Source: Candidatus Amesbacteria bacterium (lineage in GTDB: Bacteria; Patescibacteriota; Microgenomatia; CAZETR01; Amesbacteraceae). From it: a stretch of DNA of 64,000 nucleotides. Location: positions 1,793-65,792 of the forward strand of contig CAVTQH010000004.1 in assembly GCA_963736875.1 (NCBI GenBank), in the 5' to 3' direction. The position numbers and the translations under genes are program-made. Position 1 is the stretch's first letter. Every line of letters starts with the position of its first letter. A model generated the notes under the pieces. The model saw only the letters and a program-made list of their open reading frames with translations. It was not told the DNA's origin and ran no database searches. Shown piece after piece: positions 31,670 through 42,918 of the stretch.

Positions 31670-32735
31670 ATGACTCATGCCAGATCCTTTACTTTGATAG
31701 TTTTGGGATTAACCCTGTTCGGTCTTTTTATGATCGGTAACGCATCGGTTGTGGATGCCGCCAGGGACTTCGGAGATAAATGGTATTATCTTAAGCTCCA
31801 AAGCATTTGGGCTTTTCTGGGGATTGCGGGATTTTTGGTCATCAGCCGTTTCAATCACCTGCACTTTCAAAAAATCGCCCCGGTATTATTTTACGTAACT
31901 ATGGCTTTATTGGTTTTGGTTTTAATTCCCGGAATAGGCACCAGACTTTTAGGAGCCAGAAGGTGGATAAACATCGGTTTTATGAGTCTCCAGCCCAGCG
32001 AGCTGGCAAAATTAACCGTTTCCATATATTTTTCATATCTGCTTGCCCAAAAAGAGAAATTTTACAATTTTGTGCTGGCTTTGGTTTTGGTTTGCGGCCT
32101 GGTGGTGCTTGAACCTGACTTGGGAACAATGCTGGTCCTGATGGGGATGGGTTTTCTGGTCTATTTTACCTGTACCGGGAAAATTGACTCACATTCTGGC
32201 CATAGCCGGTCTGGGTCTGATCGGAGTGGTGATTTTGGTTGTCACCTCCAATTACCGGCTTAACCGCCTGTTGTCATTTTTTGACCGTTCAAAGGATCCC
32301 CTGGGGTCTTCATATCAGATACAGCAGTCTTTGATTGCCCTGGGTAACGGTAAAATATTCGGTTTAGGGTTGGGTCAGTCCCGTCAAAAATATAATTTCC
32401 TTCCGGAAACAGCAACCGATTCGATATTTGCCATTATCGGGGAGGAGTTGGGTCTGGTGGGAACGGTTGCCCTGTCACTGATATATTTGGTTTTAACAGT
32501 TAAGGGATTTGAAATTGCCGCTTTGGCCAAATCCGTATTTTCCTCCAATCTGGCGGTGGCTTTAACGGGTATTATCGGATTTCAGGCATTTATTAATATA
32601 TCCGCCAATACCGCCCTGATTCCCCTGACCGGAATCCCCTTAAACTATGTTTCGTACGGCGGATCGTCTCTGGTGGTCATGCTTCTGGCTGCCGGAATAC
32701 TGGTAAATATCTCTGTCAAATATGAAAAACGTTAA
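31670..32735 (+). CDS. ftsW: SEDS-family lipid II flippase/PG polymerase FtsW (frameshift at GGGAAAA near 32170)
   Basis: Two ORFs (31670-32263, 32184-32735) with contiguous SEDS sequence (...GLGQSRQKYNFLPE...IPLTGIPLNYVSYGGSS). Confidence 0.75.
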
Positions 32736-33831
32736 TCATCGCAGCCTGATTTTTACCGGAGGTCATCATACCGGTGCCCTGGCTGTGGCAAAGGCGTTAA
32801 AAGAAAAAGGGTGGGATATTTATTGGATCGGTCACAAAAAAAGCCAATGGCAGGACAAATCAGATTCAGCCGAATTTCGGGAAGTTACCGCTTCCGGCAT
32901 CAGGTTTTTTGATCTGAAAGCGGGAAAGATATACCGGACTGTTCAACCCGTTAAACTGATCCGTTTGCCCTGGGGTTTTATTCAGGCGTTTTACATAATT
33001 CTTAAACTTAAACTTCAGCTCAAATCTGATTTAAAAGGTATAGTTTCGTTTGGCGGCTATCTGGCAGTTCCCGTTGTTTTCTGCGGCCGGCTGGCGGGTT
33101 TACCGTCGATTACCCACGAACAGACACTGACAGCCGGATGGGCTAATAAAGTCATTGCGGTATTCGCTGAAAAGATAGCCATCTCCTGGCCGGAAAGTAA
33201 AAAGCATTATCCGGCCGGAAAAGTAGTTTTAACCGGTCTGCCCGTCAGAAAAGAAATTACCGACACTATAAAAAATTTGTCAATAATTCCCAAAATTCCT
33301 GATCAGATTTACATCACTGGCGGAAAACAGGGGTCTCATGCGATTAACGCCGCGGTTTTTGCGGCTTTACCGCAGCTTCTGAAAAAATACCGGGTTATTC
33401 ATCAGACGGGATCCTCAACTGTTTTCGGTGATTATCAGAAAGCGCTTAAACTCCGGTCCCGGCTTCCGCCAACACTGCGGTCCGGGTATCAGGTATCCGA
33501 TTATATAAATTCCCGGGAAGTTGCCCGGATTCTGGCCGGTTCACAAGTTGTTGTCAGTAGGTCGGGAGCCCATATAGTTCAGGAACTGGGCCTTTTTGGT
33601 ACAAAATGCGTGCTGATTCCCATTCCCTGGTCATCGCATCAGGAGCAGCAACATAATGCGCAGTTATTATCTTCCTCTCATCAGGCAATTATTCTCCCCC
33701 AATCGCGATTGGATGCATCAAACCTGATCAAATCAATTTCCCAGGCTGAAAATCTGAAACCGCAAAAACTTCCGATCGTCGAAAACGGACTGTCTAACAT
33801 GGTGCAATTAATTGAAAGCTACATTCGGTAA
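32722..33831 (+). CDS. murG: UDP-GlcNAc:undecaprenyl-PP-MurNAc-pentapeptide GlcNAc transferase MurG
   Basis: Intact 369 aa: LIFTGGHHTGALAVAKAL N-terminal glycine-rich loop and a GT28 C-domain. Confidence 0.8.
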   Translation: MKNVNHRSLIFTGGHHTGALAVAKALKEKGWDIYWIGHKKSQWQDKSDSAEFREVTASGIRFFDLKAGKIYRTVQPVKLIRLPWGFIQAFYIILKLKLQLKSDLKGIVSFGGYLAVPVVFCGRLAGLPSITHEQTLTAGWANKVIAVFAEKIAISWPESKKHYPAGKVVLTGLPVRKEITDTIKNLSIIPKIPDQIYITGGKQGSHAINAAVFAALPQLLKKYRVIHQTGSSTVFGDYQKALKLRSRLPPTLRSGYQVSDYINSREVARILAGSQVVVSRSGAHIVQELGLFGTKCVLIPIPWSSHQEQQHNAQLLSSSHQAIILPQSRLDASNLIKSISQAENLKPQKLPIVENGLSNMVQLIESYIR

Positions 33832-33834
33832 AAA

Positions 33835-34551
33835 ATGAAATATCCAAAATCAAAAAGAATCAGAAAGCCCAGCCGGAAAATATTGCCGAAGATTTTGTTG
33901 CTGTTTTTCCTGGTATTTAGCTGGTTTGAATCGGACCGGTATTTTTATGCCCGGCGTCTGGAATGTTATACCCAATTCGGTAATTGCCCCGAAAATATCA
34001 CCAGTCACGTCTCCTGGTTAATTGACTATCCCTTACTCAAACCTCTTCCCACCAGAAAAGTCCGTGAACAATTAGCAGGCCTTATGGAAATTAAGTCGGT
34101 AAATTTATACCGGCGCCTGCCTCAGACGCTGGTTTTAAGTGTGGCTTTAAGAAAACCCATCGGTCTCGTCGGGCCTCAGGTTTTGGGAATGCACGTGATT
34201 GCGGATGAAGAAGGTGTTATTATCGGACAGTCGGATGTGTCTAACTTACCGCTGTTAGTGGATGACACATCACCAAAGATGGGCGAAAAACTGGACGTCA
34301 ACAAACTGCAGTCACTGCAAATTCTGGGCCTTTTAAGCCCTCTTTCCGCATCCAGGGTTATCGGGAAATTAACGGGATCTGATTTAACCGCATATCTTTC
34401 CGGAAACACCCAAGTTATGCTGAATCTCTCACATCTGACTCCTGACTGGTATACTACTTTACAAGTGATTTTAGACAGAAGTAAAATACTTACCAAAATA
34501 CCCAGGATTATTGACCTGAGATTTAGTAGTCCTATCAGTCACTTTTTAATC
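33835..34551 (+). CDS. ftsQ: cell division protein FtsQ-like (POTRA); no in-frame stop before the ftsA start
   Basis: N-terminal TM (ILLLFFLVFSWF) plus POTRA-like region, located between murG and ftsA. The frame runs directly into the ftsA ATG at 34552. Confidence 0.5.
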
Positions 34552-35787
34552 ATGGCCAAGAATAAAGTAATTTCCTCAATTGACATCGGCAGTTCAAAAA
34601 CGGCAGTTTTGATCGCTCAGTATCGGGACGACGAATTTTCCACCAAGATTCACATTGTCGGCGCATCATCCACCAAATCCAAGGGTGTCCGTAAGGGTCA
34701 GATAGTAAATATCGAGGAAGCAGTAACCTCAATCAATGATGCTGTGGAAGCTGCGGAGAGGATGGCGGGATATAACGTTTCCAAAGCCTGGGTTTCGGTC
34801 GGCGGAGCTCATATCGGTTCCCAGAACAGCCACGGCGTGGTAGCGGTAGCTCAGCCTCAGGGAGAAATTTCGGCTGAAGATGCCAGAAGAGTACTGGAAG
34901 CCGCCCGGGCGGTTTCTCTTCCGGTTTCGTCGGAAATAATCCACGTTTTACCCCGTCAGTACTCCGTTGATAATCAGGAGGGAGTTAAAGATCCGGTAGG
35001 TATGACCGGCGTTCGTCTGGAGGTCGATACCCACATTGTTACCGGTTCATCTCCGGTCATCAGAAACCTGTACCAAATGCGTAACAGAAATCGGTTGTGA
35101 CGTCAATGGCCTGATATTTTCCGGTCTGGCCGCCAGTGATGCGGTTTTATCGGATACTGAAAAAGAACTGGGAGTAATTTTGGTCGATATCGGCGGAGGG
35201 ACCATGAGTATGGCGATTTATATTGAAGGGGCTCTTTCGTATTCCCATGTCCTGCCGGTAGGAGCGGCAAATGTCACCAAGGATTTGGCGGCCGGACTGA
35301 CGGATTTCTCTGGAAAGTGCCGAGATATTAAAAATATTTATGGGTAAAGATAAAACCAAGGAAGATGAAGTGGACATTAGCAGATCTAAATTTGCCGGAA
35401 GAAATTAAAACTGTCTCGAAAAAGACCTTAGTGGAGGGAATAATCCGACCCCGGCTGAACGAAATGTTCCAACTTATTGCCGGTGAGGTGAAAAAAAGTG
35501 ATCTGGCAGGCCTGACCCCTTCAGGGCTGGTAATTACCGGCGGGGGGGCAATGACCGTGGGATTGATTGACTCTGCCAAAAGAATTATGGGAATGCCGGT
35601 CCGGATCGGCACCCCCGGCGACCTGTCCGGTCTGGTGGATGAGGTTGACAACCCCGCGTTTGCTGTTTCGGTGGGATTAATCAAATACGCCCGCAAAACT
35701 ATGGAGGAATCCGACGGAGGCAGTCCGATTAATTTTTCCCGGATCGAAAAAATACCCGGTAAGCGGGATGGTAGGAAAAATCGGTAA
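34552..35787 (+). CDS. ftsA: cell division protein FtsA (>=2 apparent frameshifts near 35070 and 35330)
   Basis: MAKNKVISSIDIGSSKTAVLIAQ... (actin-fold N-terminus). Later pieces are in other frames: GVILVDIGGGTMSMAIYIEGAL, LVITGGGAMTVGLIDSAKRIMGMPVRIGTP. Confidence 0.7.
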
Positions 35788-35897
35788 TTGGGTTAAGTCT
35801 TTACTACCTTGAAACAGATTGATACAATGATCAAACTCTCTTCGCCCAAATTATACTGAGGAATTGGGACCTGCCCCGAAGTCTTTAAAAAATTTAT

Positions 35898-37115
35898 ATG
35901 GCTCTAGTTAAACCAGATGTCGGACGGTTAGCCAGAATTAAGGTCATTGGTCTTGGCGGCGGGGGCGGTAACGCCCTGAATTCAATGATTTCCGTCGGGA
36001 CAATTACCGGAGTGGATTTCATTGCGGTTAATACCGATGCCCAGGTTTTACTCACCAATCTGGCCGAATCCAAACTGCAAATCGGGGACAATCTGACTAA
36101 AGGTCTGGGGTCGGGTGGCAATCCGGAAATCGGAGCCCAGGCTGCCGAGGAGTCCCGGGAAAAAGTTAAGGAATTTCTTCTGGATTCGGATATGGTTTTT
36201 ATTACGGCCGGTATGGGCGGGGGTACCGGGACCGGTGCGGCTCCGATTGTGGCTGAAGTCGCTAAAGAAATCGGTGCTCTGACTGTGGCAATTGTTACCA
36301 AACCATTTGCTTTTGAAGGCGCGAGAAGAATGGTAAACGCGGAGGAAGGAATAACCAAACTTAAAGAAAAAGTCGATACTCTGATCGTAATTCCCAATCA
36401 GCGGCTGATGGATGTGGTGGACCGTAAAATGACACTTCTCGAAGCGTTCAGAGTTGCTGATTCCGTTTTAACCCAGGGAGTCCAGGGAATTTCCGAGATT
36501 ATTACGGTTCCCGGACTGATTAACGTTGATTTTGCCGATGTAAAAACCATTATGAAAGAGGCCGGATCCGCTCTGATGGGTATCGGCAGCGGAGTCGGGG
36601 AGAACCGGGCGCAAATGGCAGCCAGAGCGGCAGTTTCATCCCCGCTTCTGGAAGTTTCCATCGAGGGAGCCAAAGGCATTCTATTTAATATCATCGGCGG
36701 TCCGGACATGACCATGATCGAAGTGGATGAAGCGGCCAGGATTATTTCCGAAGCAGCCGATGCCGACGCAAATATCATTTTCGGGGCTGCCATAAATGAA
36801 AAACTGGTAGATCAGATGAAAATTACGGTCATTGCCACAGGTTTTGATGAAGCCAGATCGCGTCTGGCCAGCATGATGTCCCGGAATCGCCCCGTGTATA
36901 CCGGCAGCCCGATTACCACAGGAATTGTCAGCGAGAAGCCCAAAACCGGCCGCCCGATAACAGCCGCAAAAATTTCGGAAGATACCCAAACCGAGTCTGA
37001 ACAGCCCGAAACAACCGAACAAACTCCGCAGGTTTCACCCCCACCTCCATATCCGGACGGTCCGCAGGAAGAGGAAGACTGGGATATCCCCGCCTTTTTG
37101 AGACAAGGGAGATAA
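35898..37115 (+). CDS. ftsZ: cell division GTPase FtsZ
   Basis: Intact 405 aa: [16 protein letters not shown] (tubulin signature), NVDFADV, C-terminal DIPAFLRQG peptide. Confidence 0.95.
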   Translation: MALVKPDVGRLARIKVIGLGGGGGNALNSMISVGTITGVDFIAVNTDAQVLLTNLAESKLQIGDNLTKGLGSGGNPEIGAQAAEESREKVKEFLLDSDMVFITAGMGGGTGTGAAPIVAEVAKEIGALTVAIVTKPFAFEGARRMVNAEEGITKLKEKVDTLIVIPNQRLMDVVDRKMTLLEAFRVADSVLTQGVQGISEIITVPGLINVDFADVKTIMKEAGSALMGIGSGVGENRAQMAARAAVSSPLLEVSIEGAKGILFNIIGGPDMTMIEVDEAARIISEAADADANIIFGAAINEKLVDQMKITVIATGFDEARSRLASMMSRNRPVYTGSPITTGIVSEKPKTGRPITAAKISEDTQTESEQPETTEQTPQVSPPPPYPDGPQEEEDWDIPAFLRQGR

Positions 37116-37145
37116 AGGTACCCGAAAATTTGTTAAAATCACTTC

Positions 37146-40027
37146 ATGGCCTTTAAATCGGTTTCGCCGCAGGTTGATTTCCCGTCCCTGGAAGAAGAGC
37201 TTCTCAAATGGTGGTATGAAAGCGGAATTGCGGAAAAATATCTGCATAAAAATGACAATTCATCAAAAAAGTTTTCGTTTCTTGACGGTCCGATAACCGC
37301 CAACAATCCCATGGGGGTGCATCATGCCTGGGGCAGGACTTATAAAGATGTTTGGCAGCGTTATTACACAATGCGCGGATTCAGGCAGCGTTACCAGAAT
37401 GGTTTTGACTGTCAGGGGTTATGGGTTGAAGTGGAGGTGGAAAAAGAATTGGGTTTCAAATCCAAAAAAGATATCGAAAATTACGGGGTGGCCCATTTTG
37501 TAGAAAAATGCAAAGAGCGGGTTTTAAAATACTCCGCAATTCAGACGGAACAAAGCAAAAGACTGGGCTATTTTATGGATTGGGACAATTCATATTTCAC
37601 CATGTCTGACGTAAATAATTATGCTATATGGGGATTTCTTAAAGAATGCTGGCAGAGGGGATGGATTTATAAAGGGCACGATGTTGTTCCCTGGTGCCCT
37701 AGGTGTGAAACTGCAATTTCCCAGCATGAAATATTAACGGAGGATTATAAAGAAATGACTCACGAATCAATATATTTAGAGCTTCCGATCACAGGCCGCG
37801 ACCGGGAATATTTGCTTGTCTGGACCACTACCCCCTGGACTTTACCTGCCAATACAGCGGTAGCCGTGGATTCCAAAATTGATTACAGTCTGGTCAGGGG
37901 TACCACCGGGAACAAATACTGGATAGCCGGGGAATTAGTTGCGTCAGTTTTTAAAGATCAGTACCAGGACATAGTCACCACGGTCAAAGGTAAGAATTTA
38001 TTAGGCCTGAAGTATACCAGTCCTTTTGACGATCTTCCTGCAATCGCAGAGGCTCTCAGGGAATATCCCAAAAAAATGCACACCGTTGTAGCCACCGATT
38101 CATTGCTGATGCCGATTTCGGTAGAGGAGGGTACGGGATTGGTTCACACTTCCACCAGTACCGGTGAGGAAGATTTTAAATTAGGTAAAAAACTCGGATT
38201 ACCGGTAGTGCCTGCAATTGCTGATAACGCTGATTATTTATCCGGATTCGGGCAATTTTCAGGTCAAAATGCCAAGAAACAACCGCGGATAATTCTTGAT
38301 TATCTGATGGCCAAAGATAAAGCAGGTGAAAACTGGGTATTCCAAATCCTTTCCTATACTCACAGATATCCGGCTTGCTGGCGGTGTAAATCCGAATTGG
38401 TATGGAAAGTGGCAGATGAGTGGTACATTGCCATGGATAAGCCGGATCCGACTGATTCTTTAAAACGTACTTACCGTCAGCAGATGCAGCAAATAGGCAA
38501 AAAGATTAAATGGCTTCCTGAATTCGGTAAGGAAAGGGAACTTGATTGGCTGAAAAATATGCATGATTGGCTGATTTCCAAAAAAAATCGATATTGGGGT
38601 TTGGCTCTTCCCATCTACGAATGCGGTAATTGCGGCAGTTTTGAAGTTATCGGCAGCCGCGAAGAACTGGAGACAAAATGTGTTTCCGGGTGGGATAAAT
38701 TTGCCGGGAATTCTCCCCATAAGCCATGGATTGATGAGGTTAAAATCAAATGCCCGAAATGTCAAAAAGTTATTTCCCGGATTGAAGATGTGGGAAATCC
38801 CTGGCTTGATGCCGGTATTGTGGCCATATCCACCCTTCCCGAACGATTGGTTTCCGGCGGATTTTATTACCGAGTCTTTTCCCGGACAATTTAAAAACTG
38901 GTTCTACTCGCTTATTGCCATGAGCACGGTCCTGAAAAAAACAGGTCCCACGGGTACAATTTTGGGTTTTGCTACAGCTTTTGATGAAAAAGGTCTTCCG
39001 ATGCATAAATCCGCCGGGAATATGATTGAATTCAACCAGGCTGCGTCCAAAATCGGTGTGGATGTGATGCGCTGGATGTTTGTGACTCAAAATCCGGAAA
39101 ACAATTTGCTTTTTGGATATAAAAAAGCTGATGAGACCCGCCGTCAGTTTCATCTGATGTTATGGAATATCTATAATTTCTTTGTCACTTACGCCAATGT
39201 GGACAAATTCGATCACCAATCCAAAAATCATAAATTCTCCCTCCTTGACCGTTGGATTCTGGCCAGATTAAACCAAATAAATTCCGCTGTAACCAAATCG
39301 TTGGATAAGTACGATGCCTATACCGCCGGTTTGACTATTCAGGAATTTGTCAGCGATCTTTCTCTGTGGTATGTCCGCCGGTCTCGTGACCGGGTCGGAC
39401 CGGCAGCCGAAAATATTACCGATAAGACAAGCCTGCCATGCCACTTTATACCGGGTATTGGTGACATTGTGTCAGCTTCTTGCTCCCTTTACCCCTTTTA
39501 TTTCGGAAGAGATTTATAAAAATCTCACCGGGAATGAATCGGTTCACCTTTCAGATTGGCCTAAAACCGCAAAACTTACAGCCGGCGATCAGCAGCTGAT
39601 TGCGGATATGAAATTGGTCCGAAAAATTGTCGAACTGGGTTTATCAAAGCGCAAAGAAGCCGGAATGAAAGTCCGGCAACCTCTTCGCTGTGCCCATGTG
39701 ACAGGCCCGCATCAGAGTTTAAGCGGCGATCTTCAAAAACTCATTTCGGATGAGTTAAACGTCAAAAGTCTGAATTGGGAGAAAGGCCAAGATTTATCAG
39801 TCAGCCTGGACTTAAATCTGGACGCCGGCCTTATCGCCGAAGGCAATTTACGCGAGTTAATCCGTCAGGTACAGGAAGCCAGAAAAGCAGCCGGTGCCAG
39901 GCTTGATCAGCATATTATTTTGAAAGCTCCGTATCCCGACGATCCGGATCTTCAGTCCCGTCTAAAAAATCAGACTCTTGCCCGGCAATTGATTGCCGAT
40001 GATTTCGTATCTGTGGAGCTTTTGTAG
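37146..40027 (+). CDS. ileS: isoleucine--tRNA ligase (type 2-like), two apparent frameshifts (~38880 and ~39470)
   Basis: ~960 aa class I aaRS in three frames. Contains GFDCQGLWVEVEVEK (cf. WDCHGLP), a CP1 editing domain, a Zn-knuckle WCPRCETAI, and PMHKSAGNMIEF (KMSKS-like). Confidence 0.7.
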
Positions 40028-40029
40028 TT

Positions 40030-41094
40030 ATGTTCAAATTCCGACCGGATTGGTTATTAATTCTGCCGTCAATATTTCTTACTCTGATCAGCCTGACCGT
40101 TTTAAGAAGTGTTGCCCCCCAGTTGGTAATTACCCAGCTGTTTTTTGTCGCGGTGGCCGTAGTCATATTTTTGCTTTTTTCAACCATTGATTACGAGATA
40201 ATATTTTCCCTGCATTTTGTTTTTTATATCGGATCGTTGTGTTTTTCCCTATTACCGATATTTTTCGGTATAGTCAGCCGGGGGGCCCAAAGATGGCTTC
40301 AGTTCGGCCAGTTTACCATTCAGCCATCAGAACTGATCAAACCTTTTATGCTGGTAACTTTTTCTTCCATAGCCGTATCGCGGTCTTCTCATAAGGAAAT
40401 CGCTCTCCTGGCTGTTGGCATATTGCCTTTATTAATCATTTACTTTCAGCCGGATCTGGGTACTACTCTGGTATTATTTGTAGGTTGGGCCAGTATTCTT
40501 TTCTCCCGTTTTTCAATTAAATCAGCATTAATCGCCATTACGTCAATCGCCTTGTTAATTCTGCCGATATACAAATTCGGACTTCAGGACTATCAAAAAC
40601 AGCGTTTGATTACTTTCATAAATCCATATCACGATCCTTTGGGAAGCGGCTATCATGTGATTCAGTCAATCATTGCCGTCGGATCAGGTCAGGTAATCGG
40701 AAGGGGACTGGGGCAGGGTACACAAACCCAGCTGAAATTCCTGCCGGAACATCATACCGATTTTATTTTTGCCTCCCTTTCGGAAGAGCTGGGATTTATC
40801 GGTGGTATTACGGTAATTATGTTATACGGGGTATTGTTTTGGAGGATTTATCAGATTTCACAGCTGACCCCAAATCCCAAAACATCATTGTTTTGCCTGT
40901 CTTCCATGGCCCTTTTGTGTTTTCAAACATTGGTAAACATCGGGATGAATCTCGGTTTGTCACCCATCACCGGTATCACTCTCCCCCTGCTTTCATACGG
41001 CGGCTCCTCATTATTATCAGTGGCGATGATTTTTGGCTTGATAAATTCCATTTCCGGTCGGCAACGGGCCTCCGATGCTGTCCTCATCACCTAA
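40030..41094 (+). CDS. SEDS-family protein (RodA/FtsW paralogue)
   Basis: Intact 354 aa: ...GRGLGQGTQTQLKFLPEHHTDFIFA...PITGITLPLLSYGGSS. Confidence 0.7.
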   Translation: MFKFRPDWLLILPSIFLTLISLTVLRSVAPQLVITQLFFVAVAVVIFLLFSTIDYEIIFSLHFVFYIGSLCFSLLPIFFGIVSRGAQRWLQFGQFTIQPSELIKPFMLVTFSSIAVSRSSHKEIALLAVGILPLLIIYFQPDLGTTLVLFVGWASILFSRFSIKSALIAITSIALLILPIYKFGLQDYQKQRLITFINPYHDPLGSGYHVIQSIIAVGSGQVIGRGLGQGTQTQLKFLPEHHTDFIFASLSEELGFIGGITVIMLYGVLFWRIYQISQLTPNPKTSLFCLSSMALLCFQTLVNIGMNLGLSPITGITLPLLSYGGSSLLSVAMIFGLINSISGRQRASDAVLIT

Positions 41095-41103
41095 AAATTC
41101 GTA

Positions 41104-41640
41104 TTACTTCAGAAGTTCGTCTATAAAAGTTTTTATTTCCTCATCTATCAAGTTCACATCTCCAACCCGGCTGCCGGAGCTAAAAATCAGGGCACCTCCA
41201 AAAATTGCTTTTTCCCATCTGCAGACACCCCTGACCCAGGTGACTACGGCGTCTAAATGATTTATATCCTCCATACCATGGGTTATAACTGCCAGTTTTT
41301 TTCCTTTCAGATACATCCTGGATTCGTGGCACCAGGAGACTATTCTGTCCCAGAAAATTTTTGTCAGAGGGGTGACGGAATCGCTGTAAGTCGGGCTAGC
41401 TAAGATATAGACGTCAAAATTGTGGATAGTAGGTTCAATCTCCCTGGAAAAGGTATCGTTGATATTTGGGCAGATTTCGGCATTGGCGCAAACTTCGCAC
41501 CCGTCCGGCATTTTCATTTCTATCTCGCGCAAATTTAACACCCTGACAGAGCATTTCTTTAAGATTTCCTGCCGGACTTTTTCGACCGCGATATCAGTAT
41601 TTCCTGACCGATGCGAACCGTTTATTATCAACACTTTCAT
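41104..41640 (-). CDS. NADPH-dependent FMN reductase / iron-sulfur flavoprotein-like
   Basis: MKVLIINGSHRSGNT flavodoxin-like N-terminus plus a Cys cluster (CEVCANAEIC). The likely start is the internal Met of ORF 41104-41682. Confidence 0.6.
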   Translation of the reverse strand: MKVLIINGSHRSGNTDIAVEKVRQEILKKCSVRVLNLREIEMKMPDGCEVCANAEICPNINDTFSREIEPTIHNFDVYILASPTYSDSVTPLTKIFWDRIVSWCHESRMYLKGKKLAVITHGMEDINHLDAVVTWVRGVCRWEKAIFGGALIFSSGSRVGDVNLIDEEIKTFIDELLK

Positions 41641-41680
41641 ACCAGAGGATTGTAGCAAATAAGAATTATATAATATATTC

Positions 41681-42235
41681 ATGAAATCTAATTACCTGCC
41701 AACCGAAGCCCGGAAATTTGAAAAAGCCATTTTATATTTGGTGCACCATGTCGAAGAGTCCGGTAATAATTCCAAACCGGTGATTTTCCATAGCATCAGG
41801 GTGGGAGTATGTCTCTCACATCACGGGTATGCTAAAGATGTTGTCGTTGCAGGCATACTTCATGACGTATTGGAAGATACTGATTCTACCGAGTCGGAAA
41901 TTAAACAAATATTCGGTGAATATGTATTGAAACTGGTAAAAGCTGTCAGTTTTGATAAAAGTTTATCTGACAAGAAAGCCAGATATTACCAGACATTTTC
42001 CAGAAGTATGGAAGCTGGGAAAGATGCTTTAGTGATTAAAGCATCTGATATTCTGGAAAACAGCTATTACTATGGTTTTACCGAAAGCAATGAGTCATAC
42101 GAGTGGCTCGTCTACGGCAAGCTGAAACATTTCATTGAAAATACGAAGGAAATAATCGGGGGAGAGAAAGTATGGGAGAAATTAAGAAAAAGGTTAGAGG
42201 TTTTAAGTCAGAAAACGTATTCCAAACCCGACTAA
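41681..42235 (+). CDS. HD-domain (p)ppGpp hydrolase-like protein (small alarmone hydrolase type)
   Basis: 184 aa: HSIRVGVCLSHHGYAKDVVVAGILHDVLEDT, the RelA/SpoT hydrolase HD signature. Confidence 0.65.
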   Translation: MKSNYLPTEARKFEKAILYLVHHVEESGNNSKPVIFHSIRVGVCLSHHGYAKDVVVAGILHDVLEDTDSTESEIKQIFGEYVLKLVKAVSFDKSLSDKKARYYQTFSRSMEAGKDALVIKASDILENSYYYGFTESNESYEWLVYGKLKHFIENTKEIIGGEKVWEKLRKRLEVLSQKTYSKPD

Positions 42236-42267
42236 GAAGATGGAGGCTGGTTGGAAGTATTTTTTGA

Positions 42268-42296
42268 TTGCCAAGGTATATATTTGCAGGTATAAT
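42268..42296 (+). promoter_or_regulatory. sigma70-like promoter upstream of rplU
   Basis: TTGCCA (42268-42273), 17-nt spacer, TATAAT (42291-42296), 8 nt before the rplU ATG. Confidence 0.45.
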
Positions 42297-42304
42297 CACC
42301 AGGT

Positions 42305-42613
42305 ATGTTTGCAGTAGTAAAAATTGGGTCTTCCCAACACTTAGTCAGCCCGGGACAGGAATTGCTGATAGATTTTCAAACCGGTAAAACCCCTAAACTA
42401 TCATTTGATCAAGTGTTTCTGATAGTTGATAAAGACCAGATTATGGTGGGACAACCGACAGTCCAAAAAGCTGTAATTGAGGCCGAAATTGTGGACCAGG
42501 TTAAAGGTCAGAAGATCAGGGTAGCGACTTTCAAAGCCAAGAGCCGCTTCCGTAAAGTCAGGGGATTCCGTCCCAAATATACTAAAATCAAAATCTCCAA
42601 AATCAAGTATTAA
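42305..42613 (+). CDS. rplU: 50S ribosomal protein L21
   Basis: MFAVVKIGSSQHLVSPGQEL... Confidence 0.9.
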   Translation: MFAVVKIGSSQHLVSPGQELLIDFQTGKTPKLSFDQVFLIVDKDQIMVGQPTVQKAVIEAEIVDQVKGQKIRVATFKAKSRFRKVRGFRPKYTKIKISKIKY

Positions 42614-42666
42614 ACCTCGTGAAATTGAGAATTGACTTTCGTGAAAAACTAAGTTAAATTACGCCC

Positions 42667-42918
42667 ATGGCTCATACAAAAGCGGGTGGATCGACAAGAC
42701 AAAAAGGTAATCGGCGCGGCAAACATCTGGGTGTGAAGTTGTATGGGGGACAATCTGTAGCTTCCGGTAACATTATTATCCGTCAAAAAGGCAGTCATTT
42801 TCACCCCGGTCCCGGTGTAAAAGCCGGTTCGGACTACACTTTGTACGCAACCCAGGAAGGCATTGTTAAATTTAACCAGAAACAAGGCCGGAAAGTTGTA
42901 TCGGTACAATCTGTATGA
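42667..42918 (+). CDS. rpmA: 50S ribosomal protein L27
   Basis: MAHTKAGGSTRQKGNRRGKHLGVK... Confidence 0.9.
   Translation: MAHTKAGGSTRQKGNRRGKHLGVKLYGGQSVASGNIIIRQKGSHFHPGPGVKAGSDYTLYATQEGIVKFNQKQGRKVVSVQSV

Noticed and set aside
35894-36793. Two long minus-strand ORFs (167 and 131 aa) antisense to ftsZ
   Set aside because: ftsZ on the plus strand is unambiguous with all signature motifs. The antisense frames are Ala/Pro/Ser-rich, low-complexity artefacts of GC-rich codons.
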